The notes beneath the pieces were generated by a model. It saw nothing but the letters and a program-made list of their open reading frames with translations. It did not search any database and was not told the DNA's origin. From positions 1-27,221 of the IMG/VR virus record IMGVR_UViG_3300030095_005707: a DNA stretch of 27,221 bases; one strand, 5' to 3'. The DNA comes from a virus. Lineage: Duplodnaviria; Caudoviricetes. Below are positions 5,559-14,204 of the stretch, one piece after another. Position 1 is the stretch's first letter; every line of letters begins with the position of its first letter. Position numbers and translations under genes: made by a program.

Positions 5559-7623
5559 TATCTTCCCGGATTGGGAGGTCATATTTTTTAGCAAACTCTC
5601 GATCAATTTTGTTTTGTTCGAGTAATGCACTTCTGAGCTTACCCTGGTCAAGCCTCTGGCCTATGTTTAATAGGCCTGGCTTTTCCAGTTCGCTGACTAG
5701 GTTTTTAGTCGCCGTTCCTGCCCCTTCTTCGGAAAACATTGTGGGTCTGTATCCACTTTCAAATCTTCCTGGAACATAATTAAAATTTCCTTCTTCCCCT
5801 TTCAGGACTTTTTTGACGATCTTCTGAATCTCAGTCCCGTCCAGGTCTCCATCAAATTTTCCAAACTGGATGGCATCTCCGACGTTGACGACGTCGAGGC
5901 CTTCATTGCTTAGATTCTGATTGATCTTGGAAAGGGTCGCCTCGTCAGCCTCAATCCTTCCACCGGTCTTTTCAAATCCCTTCATGGAAGAAGTCGCCGG
6001 TGTGAATTTGTGGTAACCTCCGGCCTCCTGGGCGTTCAGGATAGAACGAACCGTGGCGGTAAAGTCTAAAGCCTCCTTTGATGTTGGATCCATTTTAGGA
6101 CCGCCTCGTTTAGGTTCCCCTTTCTTAGTGAATCCCTCCAGTCTTGACGGAGTCAAACCCGTCAACGGCCTTGCTGTAAAACCTGGATTCTTTTCCAAGA
6201 GGCCAGCCGAGTTCATGTACTCCCCTTGGATCGGGATCACGTCGTCCTGGTACATCTGAAAACCTTCGTAATAAGGATCACGGTTTCCAATCGCCCCCTG
6301 CATCCTATTTGAATATTCCTTCCTGACACTTTCCGGAAGTTTGTTAAGCCCGGCTAGGTGACCGACACTTTCCCCGGTGATATATTCATAAGTTTCGTTG
6401 GCCTTTAGTCTAGGGATTGACTGATCAATCCCCCCCGAGGCCCTGGCGACCAGTTCATCAGCACTCGGCATTTTTGGGATAGATGGTCTTGAACCTTTTC
6501 CGCCATCCTTTTTTGAGGTCGAAGGTCTTGGATCGTTATCCCATTCCTTTTGCTTTTTTGTCGCATTGGTGACCCTCTCTCTAGCCTCGTCAACCAACTG
6601 GCGGAGTCTGACCGCCCCCCAGGTTGACGCTTGCATCCTTCGAGGTGTCATAGGTAGTGCAGTATCAAGAGCTTTTGTGGCCCTATCGGACGCTAGAAGG
6701 TTCTCTCCGGTAAGGAAACCATGTTCCTGGGGTGTAAACCCCCGGTCAAATTGAGACCCGCCCTGGCCGGAATAACCAAAAACACGCCCGTGCCAGATAT
6801 CGTTTGCGGTCTTGTAAAGCACGTCGTCGGAAATAGTCGGATCCTTTGCATCCGCATAGGGGCCTGTTTTTTCCCCGAGTTTAAGATCGTCGGGTCTAAA
6901 CTCGACCTGTCCGGTGGCCGGGTTGGTATCATAAATTTCATCAAGTTTGTCCGCCTGGGACTGAGTTCGGGGTCTGACCTTATCTCCTGAGATAACCCTT
7001 GCATTATGCTGGCGTATAAAATTTTCAACTTCCATCGGAGGCATCGCCTGGGGACTATAACTTGCCGTGCCCCTAGCAAATAGTTTCTGCTTGGTGGGAT
7101 CGCCAGGGGCTATTGTTTCAGCGACATCACGGGCCCGGTCGTACCAGTCATAATTAAACATCCCCTCTTCGACTTGCTTGTCCACTTCCTTTCTCATGGA
7201 GGAAAGGCCCTGGGGGGATGTTACGGATCGATAGTTTCCAGTTTCATCAAAAGGGGCCCCGATATATTTTCCGGTTTTGTCACGCTTTAAGTGATCGCCA
7301 CGTTGAGCAATTTTCATTGCCTCATCGTACTCATCAACCCCCTCAAATACTTTTGCGACGGACTTAGAAATGGGTCTTGATATTTTTTTCAATAGACCTT
7401 TTTTTGAAGGTCTGACTCCTCCAACTCCACTTCCACCAGCACCGGTCGGATTAATTTCCGCCCCGGCCGAAAGAGTCCCTGGGTTCAAGGGGTCCCCTAA
7501 CCAAGACATGAGCGTACCTGATAGCAAACCAGGCAAGTTCTTCACCGCATAGTCAGTGAAATCAAAAAGATTTCTATCGTATGCGTCAGCGTAATATTTT
7601 CTTTTAGATTGGGGATAACTCAT
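5422..7623 (-). CDS. Probable virion-packaged protein: shared leader plus HhH-GPD glycosylase-like domain
   Basis: Last late gene. Motifs WY(160)...SYSPQ...LGEKT(K252)...NDIWHGR(D275)...MQASTW; N-terminus homologous to the upstream gene. Confidence 0.65.
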   Translation of the reverse strand: MSYPQSKRKYYADAYDRNLFDFTDYAVKNLPGLLSGTLMSWLGDPLNPGTLSAGAEINPTGAGGSGVGGVRPSKKGLLKKISRPISKSVAKVFEGVDEYDEAMKIAQRGDHLKRDKTGKYIGAPFDETGNYRSVTSPQGLSSMRKEVDKQVEEGMFNYDWYDRARDVAETIAPGDPTKQKLFARGTASYSPQAMPPMEVENFIRQHNARVISGDKVRPRTQSQADKLDEIYDTNPATGQVEFRPDDLKLGEKTGPYADAKDPTISDDVLYKTANDIWHGRVFGYSGQGGSQFDRGFTPQEHGFLTGENLLASDRATKALDTALPMTPRRMQASTWGAVRLRQLVDEARERVTNATKKQKEWDNDPRPSTSKKDGGKGSRPSIPKMPSADELVARASGGIDQSIPRLKANETYEYITGESVGHLAGLNKLPESVRKEYSNRMQGAIGNRDPYYEGFQMYQDDVIPIQGEYMNSAGLLEKNPGFTARPLTGLTPSRLEGFTKKGEPKRGGPKMDPTSKEALDFTATVRSILNAQEAGGYHKFTPATSSMKGFEKTGGRIEADEATLSKINQNLSNEGLDVVNVGDAIQFGKFDGDLDGTEIQKIVKKVLKGEEGNFNYVPGRFESGYRPTMFSEEGAGTATKNLVSELEKPGLLNIGQRLDQGKLRSALLEQNKIDREFAKKYDLPIREDIMKLRQLIADRGFQNLPEEVRKIAYQGLPVLLPGGLALSAYESQD

Positions 7624-8567
7624 TTCAATAACCCTTTAAGTTGTTTAAAAGTAATCTTGTCGAATATCGGGTGGAGTTTTTTCCCGGCCTTGCCCTTAGT
7701 GTAGAACTCGCCAACCTGGTTCCCTAGCTCGATGTCGCCGGTCGTCATGGGCCTGAGTGTGGGCTCATTCCCGGCACGGACGTTCGCCATATCCTGGTAC
7801 ATCGTCACCGGGGAGTCGAACTGGGTCTCCAGCCCATAAACATGGCCCCGGTTTCCGTACCCTGGAAGATATAAATCACCTCCTTTTTTGACTTCTGCAC
7901 TGACTAAATAGTCCCCGGTCACGCCTCTCTCGAAAGTTTCGAGGGCGGAAGGGCGGTCGGTGTATTTTCTTAAAGGCCCGCCTCTCCCCGTCATTTTCCA
8001 GGGTTCGTTTTTATCGTAAATCGGAGAAAATTCTCTGAACAAATTAGTCACAAATTGTCGGGATCCTTTTGGGGTTTCATTGGGGTCAAAATCTTCCAGG
8101 AGTCCTGCGATTCTTAGGGCGGGCTTTTGTGGATTTGAGGCGTCAATATAACCGGATGAAAAAGTCTGACCCGAGATGTCTCTTGGCGGGCCGTCGCCCA
8201 TCATCAGGAACTGGCCCCCTAAAAGGCCCCCTTTGTATTTATCCTGGATCCTCGGGCTGAGACGTTTCCCTTTTTTGCTGAACCGTTCCGGGATCTCATC
8301 GGCTGGCACAATCTCAAAACTGGGATCCCCTTTGAGGGTGGACCGGAAGGGTTTAGGGAAGACGGATCGGATCTGGTCCTCCCGGAACTGGCGGAGGAGG
8401 TCTTCCTCACCGGCCATAGCCTCGGTCGGGTTCATAGGATCGCCCAGGAACGCCATACCGATGCCGGAAAGCATCCCCGGGATGGATCGCACTATCGGGT
8501 CGTAAAACTCACTGACGCCCTTGTCATAGCTTTTTGCGTACTGTTTTGCTTTAGACCTTGGGTACAT
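7620..8567 (-). CDS. Probable virion-packaged protein: shared leader plus domain of unknown function
   Basis: Follows the ejection genes; N-terminal 54 aa homologous to the 733-aa protein; C-terminal globular domain (TNLF...HVYGL...EPTLRP...HPIFDKI). Confidence 0.65.
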   Translation of the reverse strand: MYPRSKAKQYAKSYDKGVSEFYDPIVRSIPGMLSGIGMAFLGDPMNPTEAMAGEEDLLRQFREDQIRSVFPKPFRSTLKGDPSFEIVPADEIPERFSKKGKRLSPRIQDKYKGGLLGGQFLMMGDGPPRDISGQTFSSGYIDASNPQKPALRIAGLLEDFDPNETPKGSRQFVTNLFREFSPIYDKNEPWKMTGRGGPLRKYTDRPSALETFERGVTGDYLVSAEVKKGGDLYLPGYGNRGHVYGLETQFDSPVTMYQDMANVRAGNEPTLRPMTTGDIELGNQVGEFYTKGKAGKKLHPIFDKITFKQLKGLLK

Positions 8568-8568
8568 A

Positions 8569-10863
8569 TCAGTCCAATAAGCTCATGGGGTAGATGCCGG
8601 TCAGGGCCGACGGTAATCCGCCCTGGGTCAAGAGGCCTCTCTTCATTAGGGCCTGGTTCATCCGCCTGATCTCGTCCACCTCGTCGTAGGTCTTCAACTG
8701 GTTGACGGGGTTTGGATCAAAAAGACGTTTGCCTCCGGCCTCCGCCTCCTGGGTGAGTTTCTTCCGGGCCAAGTCTCCCATGCCCAGGTTCATCATCTCC
8801 CTCCTGACGGATCCGACCATGGACTGGGTATTGTCGGCCACATTCTGGAGGATGTTCCCTGCGAATCTCTGCTCGGTCTCCATTGGCGAGGTCTTAGACC
8901 CCTGGAAAAATTTGTTGTGGGTCGCCCCGGTGTCGGTCTCCAGTCGCATCTTGGCTATGAAGTCTGAGACGGTTGTCCCGTCTGGGAATAATCCCCCGAG
9001 AATCTTTTCAAACCGTTCCGTGATAAATCTTCCGGTATCCGGGATCGAGTAACCTTCCTGAGTCGCCCTTTTCCCCTCAATCTTATTAAGGAACCCGGAA
9101 ACCATGCCCAACTTAACCGCCTCCTTCTCGGCGTCCGACATCTGTCTAAACTCAAAAAGGACATCGTCTGCATTGGCGGAATCGGATTTCCCAAGGTCCT
9201 GGCCTCTGCGAAATGCACGGTCATAATCCATCTCGTCGTGCCAGAAGGAACGTGCCTCGGCATAGGGAGAGATCCCGGCGGGGTTGGTCGCCCGGAGTTG
9301 GCCGTCCACATCATCGAGGAGGGACTGACGAATCGAAGTCACCCGCCGGACTGCATCATCAGACATGGTGTTTGACCGTTGGCCCACTTGGCCTACGTTT
9401 TTTATTCCACGCTGGAGGTAGTCAAACTGCTGGACCGTCATCCGGCCCAATTCCAGGAGGTTGTCTGGTAGGACAAACCCGTCGTCGAGGGCGTCCTTTT
9501 TAGCCTGTTTAAATGCGGACTGCATGGTCGGCCTTTGGAAAAGATCAACCATATTGGGAGTGACATCGATGTACTGGGGGCCGACTGGGACTTGTTTCCC
9601 CATATCGTCGGTCACATACTTAGTGTAGGCCTGGTCATAGTAGGCCGGGGCCTTTTTTGACCTCTCGTTCTTTAACTGCTTTAAATATTCAAGCGGGCTG
9701 ACACGGATCCCCATGAGGTCCTGGATATAATTTCCGACCCTGGTCCCCATACCAGGTCCCTGAAAAAACTTGGGGGTCCCTGGGGGGTCTAGGGGGTTCC
9801 CTCGGCCCGTGATTCTCTGTTCCAATAATTGCTGGCCTTGCCCGGCGGTACTGGAGGGCGTCTGACTATAGCGTCCGCCAAGAGACCTAGTCTGAGGCCC
9901 TGTCATTAATTTGTCTGCCAGGATCATTGTGCCGTCCATCCCCAGTTCACCGGCCTTTTCTATTCTCTGACGTCCAAGATCAGTCGGGACCTGGTCTCTT
10001 TCCAGGCGGTCTGATATCTCTGAGAGGGCGGACCGTTCAGGCCCTGACTTGTCCCCTATGGACCCGGAAGGATCCCGTGGGTTCCCTTCTCCGCCTCCTG
10101 GGGAGAGTTTGCTTTTTACTCCCCTTGTAACCCTACTCCCGACACTTCCCAAAGCGTCACCAACCGGCCCAAGGACCGTGGACATGGCGGTCGGAATAGT
10201 TACTGAGGGGTCACTCATGATCGGGGGGAAAGTCGCATTTTTAACCTCCTCCTGGTCGAGGATCGGTTCCTCGTAAACACCCCGGTCTCTCAGTGCTTTT
10301 GTCGAGGCAATAGACGCCGGGTATGCGGTCAATGGCCCTGCAACAAATCCCGACCTGGCGATGTTCCGGATCGGCTGGCCTGATTTCAGTTGTAATGCTT
10401 TTGGAAGTAAACCGAGCCCGGATAGTATTTTGAGTTCTGTATATCCAGATATGAACCCGCCGGTGATGTTCGAGATGACGGCGGTGGCTGGGTTGTCTTC
10501 TGTAAACTGGCTCATCTCGCCCTGGATTCTCCCGAGGACTTCGTCGTAATCAGACCCCTCCATGCTTGACTCTATGGAGGCGACCATCTTGGGATACTGT
10601 TCGTAGGAAATCCCGGAAAAGACTTCCCGGATTACGCCCCTGACAAATTTTGAGACCTCGCCGTCATCCTTTCCCTGGGACTCTGCTTTCTGAATCTGCT
10701 TTCCGGCGGACTTAAGTTTCCGGTTCGTCCCTTTGACGATCTGACGGATACTTTTCAACCCGCCTTCAAAACCTTTCTTTTTCAGGCGTCCGGCTATCGC
10801 CTCGTCCGAGTGGCCTTTGGACTTCGCCAGGTTGTAATATTTATAGACGGTTGAATTATCCAT
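8569..10863 (-). CDS. DNA ejection / internal virion protein (P22 gp16-like position)
   Basis: Large helical protein with Gly-rich hydrophobic segments and A...Y..AY and Y.EAR..W motifs; third gene of the ejection cluster. Confidence 0.7.
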   Translation of the reverse strand: MDNSTVYKYYNLAKSKGHSDEAIAGRLKKKGFEGGLKSIRQIVKGTNRKLKSAGKQIQKAESQGKDDGEVSKFVRGVIREVFSGISYEQYPKMVASIESSMEGSDYDEVLGRIQGEMSQFTEDNPATAVISNITGGFISGYTELKILSGLGLLPKALQLKSGQPIRNIARSGFVAGPLTAYPASIASTKALRDRGVYEEPILDQEEVKNATFPPIMSDPSVTIPTAMSTVLGPVGDALGSVGSRVTRGVKSKLSPGGGEGNPRDPSGSIGDKSGPERSALSEISDRLERDQVPTDLGRQRIEKAGELGMDGTMILADKLMTGPQTRSLGGRYSQTPSSTAGQGQQLLEQRITGRGNPLDPPGTPKFFQGPGMGTRVGNYIQDLMGIRVSPLEYLKQLKNERSKKAPAYYDQAYTKYVTDDMGKQVPVGPQYIDVTPNMVDLFQRPTMQSAFKQAKKDALDDGFVLPDNLLELGRMTVQQFDYLQRGIKNVGQVGQRSNTMSDDAVRRVTSIRQSLLDDVDGQLRATNPAGISPYAEARSFWHDEMDYDRAFRRGQDLGKSDSANADDVLFEFRQMSDAEKEAVKLGMVSGFLNKIEGKRATQEGYSIPDTGRFITERFEKILGGLFPDGTTVSDFIAKMRLETDTGATHNKFFQGSKTSPMETEQRFAGNILQNVADNTQSMVGSVRREMMNLGMGDLARKKLTQEAEAGGKRLFDPNPVNQLKTYDEVDEIRRMNQALMKRGLLTQGGLPSALTGIYPMSLLD

Positions 10864-12950
10864 TAATCAAATATCGATTCGAGTTCTTGGTCGTCTTCAA
10901 TATTCCCAGGAGGCGACTCCGAGGTAACGGCGGACCTGATCTTTTCCACTATTTTTTCCCCGGCCGAGGCCTGGGGTGACTCTTTTTTTACGCCCCCAGT
11001 TGAGGAAGGCTTGACCGTGTTATCTAGGTGACTTTCTAAGGCCTTAAAATCAATTCTGGCTTTGGCCTTGTCCAATCCTTGGACCTTAGCAAATGGGTCG
11101 TATATCGCCTCATCTCTGACGCCAAAATATTTTGCTGACTCTTGGAAATTTTCTTTGACTGGATTAAACCTCTCCCTTATTGCACTCATGTAAGCACGGG
11201 CGGATTCAACAAACTTGGCTCGGGCTTCGTCAGTAAGAAGTTCTCCCTTCCTTAATTTGTTTGGCATCACCAGTAATTTATCTAGGAGGCCCTGAGTGTT
11301 CTGGGCATTCGCAAATTCTGTCTCCCTAACTACTGATGTCGGGTCTAACATCTTCTGAAAGGCCTGGATCAGCATCAGATCGCCTTGTCCGTTCTTTTGT
11401 GATGCCCCAGTCAGCATTGCCTGGTAGGCGTTGACGGCCCCTAGGTAGTCTTTAGCTTGAGACGAGTATTCTTTCCTTAGTGCTTGCTCTGTTTTAAACT
11501 CATCCAGCTTTGTCATCGGCTTGTCACCTTTTGACATAACTTCGACAGTGTACTTACCTCCGGTCTTCAGGAGGAAATCTTCGTCTCCCATTCTTCCAGC
11601 AAATGCCTTCTCAGTGGCGTTACCTTCCAAGGCCTGGGCCTTAGTCATGTAGGTTGGTTGTTCTTTGACTGGCTTATCCTTAGTCCAGTCCGGCTTAAAG
11701 GCGTTGGTCGGTTTCCCTTTATCGTTGTAAGCGATCTGGAAAATATCGCCGTCGTCGAGCTTTAACGCACTGGCGAGGGCCGGTTCCCTTTTCTTGAGTT
11801 CCGCCCCAGACATAAAGAGGGGGGTTTCCGTTTCCGGTTCTACAGTCTCGAGAGGCTCAGTCACTGGCGTGTAGTATTGGTCGAGGTACGAAACCGTGCC
11901 GTCCCCTTTAAGGGTCTTAAACTTAACCCTGGGATCCCCCAGGGCGTTCATTTCATCTATCTCAAGCGGGACGGTTGTCTCTTGGAAGGGTTCCTCTTTT
12001 TGTTTTGGAGGCTTGCCTAGCATCCCTCCTGACCGGAAAACCCGTTGATTGGTCGGGCTTATCTCAACCTCATCGGCCCACTCGGGGGCATTCTCCGGGT
12101 AATCAGGGGCCCCTTTTTTGATGTACTTGTACCCTTTTTCGACCTTCTCCTCCTTTGGAGGATCCAGGGCCTTGGTGACAACCTGGTTGTACCGGTTCAG
12201 GTACTCAAAGTCACCGTCCTCGGTCGTCCTTTTCCGGACGACACGGGGATCTTTTAAGGTCATCCGTTCGTCCTCTTCCAGGTCAAAATATTCAGTTTGG
12301 AATTTTTCTTCCTCTTTTTGATCAGGCTCGGGAAAACTTGTAACTTGTTGACCGAATTTATCGTAGAATTTTCGGATCCCGCCTTCGGTCTTACCGGTAG
12401 TTACATTCTCCGGAAGGCCGATCATTTGTCTCATTTCACTATCGACGACAAACGTCTGGTCGGTTTTTTCTTTTTCAGGACCTTTGATTTCCTCACCGAG
12501 ATAACCGTCCTCCCTATAGCGAAATTGACGTTTTGAATTTGGATCAGTGTAAATAAGTTGTTCGCCGGTCAGTTCAGGCCGTGGATCCTTCTGGGCCTTG
12601 ACCATCGCATTGTTTAAGTTGGCGACGACGACGGAAGGCTTGACAGAGGCCAGCATCTCGGCACTCCTGAGAAGGGCCTCATCGACCCCCATGGTCCGGG
12701 CCTGGGCGATCAGATCCGGGATCCGTTCTTCCAGTTCACCTTTCAACGCCCGTTCCTCTCGGAGGGCGTCCATTTTCTCCTCCATGGTCAGGGCCTGGTT
12801 AAAGGTCTGGAGGCCTTGCTGGAGTCCCTTGCCGAGGGCCTGGGTCCCGCCACCAGGAAACCTGGACGGGGCGTTATTCGCTAAAATCCCGGCCCCTAAA
12901 CCGAGTAGGCCTTGATAGAATGCTCGTTGTCTTGGGTCCATCTCTGCCAT
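10863..12950 (-). CDS. DNA ejection protein (P22 gp20-like position) with internal repeats
   Basis: N-terminal GLLGLGAGILA segment; C-terminal GD..LI..F.KMLDP.SVVRE.EFA motif seen in podoviral ejection proteins; charged repeated middle. Confidence 0.7.
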   Translation of the reverse strand: MAEMDPRQRAFYQGLLGLGAGILANNAPSRFPGGGTQALGKGLQQGLQTFNQALTMEEKMDALREERALKGELEERIPDLIAQARTMGVDEALLRSAEMLASVKPSVVVANLNNAMVKAQKDPRPELTGEQLIYTDPNSKRQFRYREDGYLGEEIKGPEKEKTDQTFVVDSEMRQMIGLPENVTTGKTEGGIRKFYDKFGQQVTSFPEPDQKEEEKFQTEYFDLEEDERMTLKDPRVVRKRTTEDGDFEYLNRYNQVVTKALDPPKEEKVEKGYKYIKKGAPDYPENAPEWADEVEISPTNQRVFRSGGMLGKPPKQKEEPFQETTVPLEIDEMNALGDPRVKFKTLKGDGTVSYLDQYYTPVTEPLETVEPETETPLFMSGAELKKREPALASALKLDDGDIFQIAYNDKGKPTNAFKPDWTKDKPVKEQPTYMTKAQALEGNATEKAFAGRMGDEDFLLKTGGKYTVEVMSKGDKPMTKLDEFKTEQALRKEYSSQAKDYLGAVNAYQAMLTGASQKNGQGDLMLIQAFQKMLDPTSVVRETEFANAQNTQGLLDKLLVMPNKLRKGELLTDEARAKFVESARAYMSAIRERFNPVKENFQESAKYFGVRDEAIYDPFAKVQGLDKAKARIDFKALESHLDNTVKPSSTGGVKKESPQASAGEKIVEKIRSAVTSESPPGNIEDDQELESIFD

Positions 12951-12957
12951 GGTGTCC

Positions 12958-13935
12958 TTAGTTAAAAAATCCTCCGGATCCGAGTCCGCCCACTACACCG
13001 GCCCCTAACCCGAGGAGATCGGCGAGGTCGTCTTTGAACATTGTCTGGTTTGTGGTCCCGGTCGAGGTCTTGCCATAAGGACCGCCGAGAAGGCCCTGGA
13101 CGGCCCCCAATCTCATCATCGGGTCGCCTTGTTCTCTCATAAACTCCTGGTACGCAAAGTCCAGGTCTTGCTGGTTCTGACCTTGTTGTTGTCCCCCGAT
13201 TGCCATTAGGTCCCGGGTGTCACCTCTCCGGGCGTTTCGGTATCGGTCCATGATCTGAGAAACATTTCCGGCCCCTGAAAGGTTTCTGTCGGCGGTCGAG
13301 AGGTCGAGCCCGGCTTGCTTAAAGCCATACTGGTCCCCTCGGCCTATATCCCTTTCCATCAGACCCTGGGCCTGGCCGAATCCCTGGTTCAGGAGGTTCG
13401 CCTGGAGGGCCCCAATATTCTGAGCCCCTAACGCCCTGGCGGTCCCCCGTTCAAGGGCCTCCGCCTCATTCATCCCTCCTGGGGAGGTCTGGACGGCGTT
13501 TGCACTGATCTGGTTCAGGTTCCTTTGGAGTTCATCCTGGGCCCCCTGGACGGCGGGGTTGATCACGTTCTGGGTGTACGGGTTCATGTACTGGCTGGGG
13601 TCCCCCATATTGAGGAATGACTGGTACTGGAGTTCTGGGGATCCCATACTGGCGACCCTCTGGGAGGCGTCAACGGCCCCCTGGTAGGACCCGGATCCGA
13701 AATTCTGGCCCCGCCTCACGTTCGCCATGGCCTGGTTCTGGTCCATGTTGAAATTTGCGAACCTCTGGAGTGGGTTATTTGCATCATCGGTGTAACCCTG
13801 GAAATCCTGGCTCAGGATATTATCCCGGCCGTAATCAAATAACTCATTCCGGAACTGTTTCATATCCGGATCAATAGCCGAGGTCTGGGTCTGGGTTGTG
13901 GGGTTGTTTATTTTTCTTTCAAATAATCCAAACAT
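12958..13935 (-). CDS. DNA ejection/pilot protein (P22 gp7-like position)
   Basis: Q/G/N-rich, QYMNPY..NVI motif, Gly-rich hydrophobic C-terminus. Confidence 0.72.
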   Translation of the reverse strand: MFGLFERKINNPTTQTQTSAIDPDMKQFRNELFDYGRDNILSQDFQGYTDDANNPLQRFANFNMDQNQAMANVRRGQNFGSGSYQGAVDASQRVASMGSPELQYQSFLNMGDPSQYMNPYTQNVINPAVQGAQDELQRNLNQISANAVQTSPGGMNEAEALERGTARALGAQNIGALQANLLNQGFGQAQGLMERDIGRGDQYGFKQAGLDLSTADRNLSGAGNVSQIMDRYRNARRGDTRDLMAIGGQQQGQNQQDLDFAYQEFMREQGDPMMRLGAVQGLLGGPYGKTSTGTTNQTMFKDDLADLLGLGAGVVGGLGSGGFFN

Positions 13936-13943
13936 GGTTTCCT

Positions 13944-14204
13944 TTAAGCGTCTGGGTTGCCCGAGGTTACGGGGATCCCGTCAATAGTTGATATCTCGGT
14001 TGTGGACAGTGACCCGGCGTCAGAGACGTCGAGGCGGAAATATTTAGGCGTCGTCCCGGTTGACTTCAAGATGATGGTCCCGGGTTCCATGACGTTGTCA
14101 CGGTCTGACCTAACATTGACCCTGGTCCCCTCATTGACCGTGGATGCTAACGTGAAAAAATACTCCTGGTCATAGGCGGAAGGGGGGTTCGGTAAATCAC
14201 TCAT
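13944..14204 (-). CDS. Small virion (tail) protein
   Basis: LP.PP..YD.EYF N-terminus; overlaps the tail hub gene's stop. Confidence 0.65.
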   Translation of the reverse strand: MSDLPNPPSAYDQEYFFTLASTVNEGTRVNVRSDRDNVMEPGTIILKSTGTTPKYFRLDVSDAGSLSTTEISTIDGIPVTSGNPDA

